From positions 1 to 18,150 of the forward strand of contig JANNWY010000215.1 in the NCBI GenBank assembly GCA_031409335.1: 18,150 bases of DNA, read 5' to 3'. The notes beneath the pieces are model-generated. The model was given only the letters and a program-made list of their open reading frames with translations, had not been told where the DNA came from and did not search any database. This DNA comes from Chthoniobacteraceae bacterium (lineage in GTDB: Bacteria > Verrucomicrobiota > Verrucomicrobiia > Chthoniobacterales > Chthoniobacteraceae). The position numbers and the translations under genes were made by a program. Below are positions 16,313-18,150 of the stretch, one piece after another (the stretch's first letter is position 1; every line of letters begins with the position of its first letter).

Positions 16313-18150
16313 CTATGGCCCGGTGGCACGGACTTGGATGAAGAGCTTGGGCGTTGCGAGGAGCGCAGGAGTGAGGGCGACGGAGACCGTTTCGACCTCT
16401 GCAACCGCAGTTCCAGGCGTCTGGACGGCACCAGAGTCCTGGGTCCACGTCAGCAGGGTGGTCGAGGTCCATACGGTGTAGCTCATGCCGGTGAGAGCCG
16501 GGCTGCGCCGAATGTAGGTGAAACTTCCCGCGGCGAGTCCCGAGTTAAAACGAACGGGCCTGCTTGATGCGCCGCTGGTCGGATCGAGCCCCCAAATGCG
16601 CTCATGCCCATTGATCAGGCCATCGTTGTCGTAGTCAGTGTTCGGGTTGGTGAGATTCGCACCGGGGAACTGCGCCGCCCAAGTGGTGTAGTCGCCGACC
16701 ACCAGTTCCAAGTCCTTGCCATCATAGCTGATTCGAAGGGTTCCGGTGAAGGTGCCGATCATGCCGCTCAGATTCGCCTTGTCGAGCGAGTCGCCGGGAT
16801 TGAGTGCGCTGCTCGTGATCAGTTTGTAAATACCCGCCTGCAAACCACCGAGATTGCCAAAGACGAAATCGCCAAACCCAAGCACGCCGCTGCCGATAGT
16901 CAGCGGCCCGGTGACGGCGATCTGATCATTGAGCGCGTTGAGCGCAGCGAGGTCAAAACGGAGTTTGCCCGTGCCGCTTGCCTGCGCGGAAACATCGAGC
17001 GCTCCGGTGATGAACAGCTTGCCGACCAAGACACCGGGGGCAAGGTTGCCGCCTGCCTCCACAGTTACCGAGCCGCCGATGGTGCCGTTGCCGCCGAGGG
17101 TGCCGCCGCTGATGGTCACCTCGCTGACGCCGGACAAGGAACCGGGACTGTTCACCAGCAAGGTGCCACCGGTCACGATGGTTTGACCGGCGTAGGTGTT
17201 GGCCGCGGTGAGAATCTGGGTTCCCGGTCCGGTCTTGGTGAGGTCCGTGGCCGGCGCGCCGTTGGCGATGATGCCGGAGTAGGTGTGGGTCTTGCCCGCG
17301 CCGGGGTTGAGGGCCAGGGTCGTCACGGCGGAGTAGGTGCCGTTGAAGACGTCGGCGAGGTTTTTGCCGCCCTTCAGGCCGCCGAAGACCGGATCAACGA
17401 TGGTGGCCACGTCGAGTTTGCCAGCGCCGGAGGTATCGAGGGCACTGCTTTGGATCGCCAGGCGGTGGGTGAGGTAAAGGGTGCCGGAGTTGGTCCCGTT
17501 GATGAGCGTGTCGCCGGTGAAGTTGTTGGAGTTAGTCAGCCTGACCTTGCCCGCGGTGACGACCAGCGCATTGGCCCCGGTGAGCGAGTTGGCGTTGTTC
17601 AGGTTCACAAAGTTTCCCGCCCGTGATCCGCCGAAGCGATAAGTGTTGTTGGCGGGTGTGATCGTGCCGGTGAAAGCGAAGCTTTGGGTGCCGACATTAT
17701 CCCAGAACGCGAGACTGGCGTTGGGGAAATTGGTAAGATCGAGGGCGCTGCCGCTGCCACCGTTGTTTCCGTAGATGGTGAAAGGGTTGGCGGTCGGAGC
17801 GAGGCGTTGGAGAAAGGTGTTGTTGAGGCTTCCGCCGACGCGCAGAATGGAAGCGTCCGCACCGACCGAAACGCTGCCCGCGGCAAGTCCGCTGATGTCC
17901 CCGGCATTGAAGCCGAGGGCGGCTCCGGCTGCGACCGTGGTGCCGCCGCCGTGACTGTTGGTGCCGGTGAGGTAAACCGGCTGGGTTCCCGAGATCACCA
18001 CCGAGTTGCCAGCACCGGCGAGGGCGGTGGTCTTGGTGAAGATGGTCGCGTTCCCGCAGGGTCCGGTGGAGGGGCTGGTGCTCTCGACTCGGTAGGTGGG
18101 GTTGCCCGCGGCCAGGCCGAAGCCAGCGAGGGTGTAGCTGCTGCCCGCGG
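16313..18150 (-). CDS. Autotransporter-associated beta-strand repeat protein; 5' end outside the window
   Basis: The frame stays open upstream of the track's GTG at 18001 to the window edge (AGSSYTLAGFGLAAGNPTYRVEST...AGAGNSVVISGTQP). It contains LTKTGPGTQILTAANTYAGQTIVTGGTLLVN...GGTLGGNGTIGGSVTVEAGGNLAPG and C-terminal YTTW...DYDNDG...YTVWTSTTLLTW...LFIQVRA. Confidence 0.88.
   Translation of the reverse strand, partial: AGSSYTLAGFGLAAGNPTYRVESTSPSTGPCGNATIFTKTTALAGAGNSVVISGTQPVYLTGTNSHGGGTTVAAGAALGFNAGDISGLAAGSVSVGADASILRVGGSLNNTFLQRLAPTANPFTIYGNNGGSGSALDLTNFPNASLAFWDNVGTQSFAFTGTITPANNTYRFGGSRAGNFVNLNNANSLTGANALVVTAGKVRLTNSNNFTGDTLINGTNSGTLYLTHRLAIQSSALDTSGAGKLDVATIVDPVFGGLKGGKNLADVFNGTYSAVTTLALNPGAGKTHTYSGIIANGAPATDLTKTGPGTQILTAANTYAGQTIVTGGTLLVNSPGSLSGVSEVTISGGTLGGNGTIGGSVTVEAGGNLAPGVLVGKLFITGALDVSAQASGTGKLRFDLAALNALNDQIAVTGPLTIGSGVLGFGDFVFGNLGGLQAGIYKLITSSALNPGDSLDKANLSGMIGTFTGTLRISYDGKDLELVVGDYTTWAAQFPGANLTNPNTDYDNDGLINGHERIWGLDPTSGASSRPVRFNSGLAAGSFTYIRRSPALTGMSYTVWTSTTLLTWTQDSGAVQTPGTAVAEVETVSVALTPALLATPKLFIQVRATGP
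17160..18150 (-). repeat. About 1 kb coding module, copy 2 (paralogous to 14930-15940; may extend beyond the window)
   Basis: Colinear with copy 1 apart from a roughly 9-aa indel (LSGARPPSAAATPVTAP versus VATIVDP). Confidence 0.9.

Noticed and set aside
16311..16472. N-terminal extension of the 1257-aa ORF
   Set aside because: It overlaps the upstream gene's 3' end. ATG 16310 gives a proper signal peptide.
7623..17626. Other long plus-strand ORFs (7623-8840, 8961-9776, 13737-14825, 15051-16250, 16604-17626)
   Set aside because: Each lies fully opposite a well-supported minus-strand gene and shows no family motifs.

Overview
High-GC window with 11 protein-coding genes, all on the minus strand and tightly packed (gaps mostly under 15 nt), so it looks like one long operon transcribed right to left. 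The order is: two tandem secreted proteins with autotransporter-associated beta-strand repeats (the second also carries Ca-binding DxDxDG repeats and an SGNH/sialate O-acetylesterase-like domain), a Cys-type sulfatase, a stand-alone SGNH acetylesterase, a DUF1592/DUF1588-type di-haem cytochrome c protein, a Tat-exported DUF1552 protein, a Tat-lipoprotein amidohydrolase/lactonase, a DUF6288-like PDZ plus helical protein, a fused beta-alpha Fe-S L-serine dehydratase, a KduD-like SDR, and a LarA-family racemase/epimerase that runs off the left edge and is absent from the ORF track. The gene families point to the PVC superphylum, most likely Verrucomicrobia (inference). I found no RNA genes, CRISPR array or mobile element. 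Family names come from motif recognition by eye, not from database searches.
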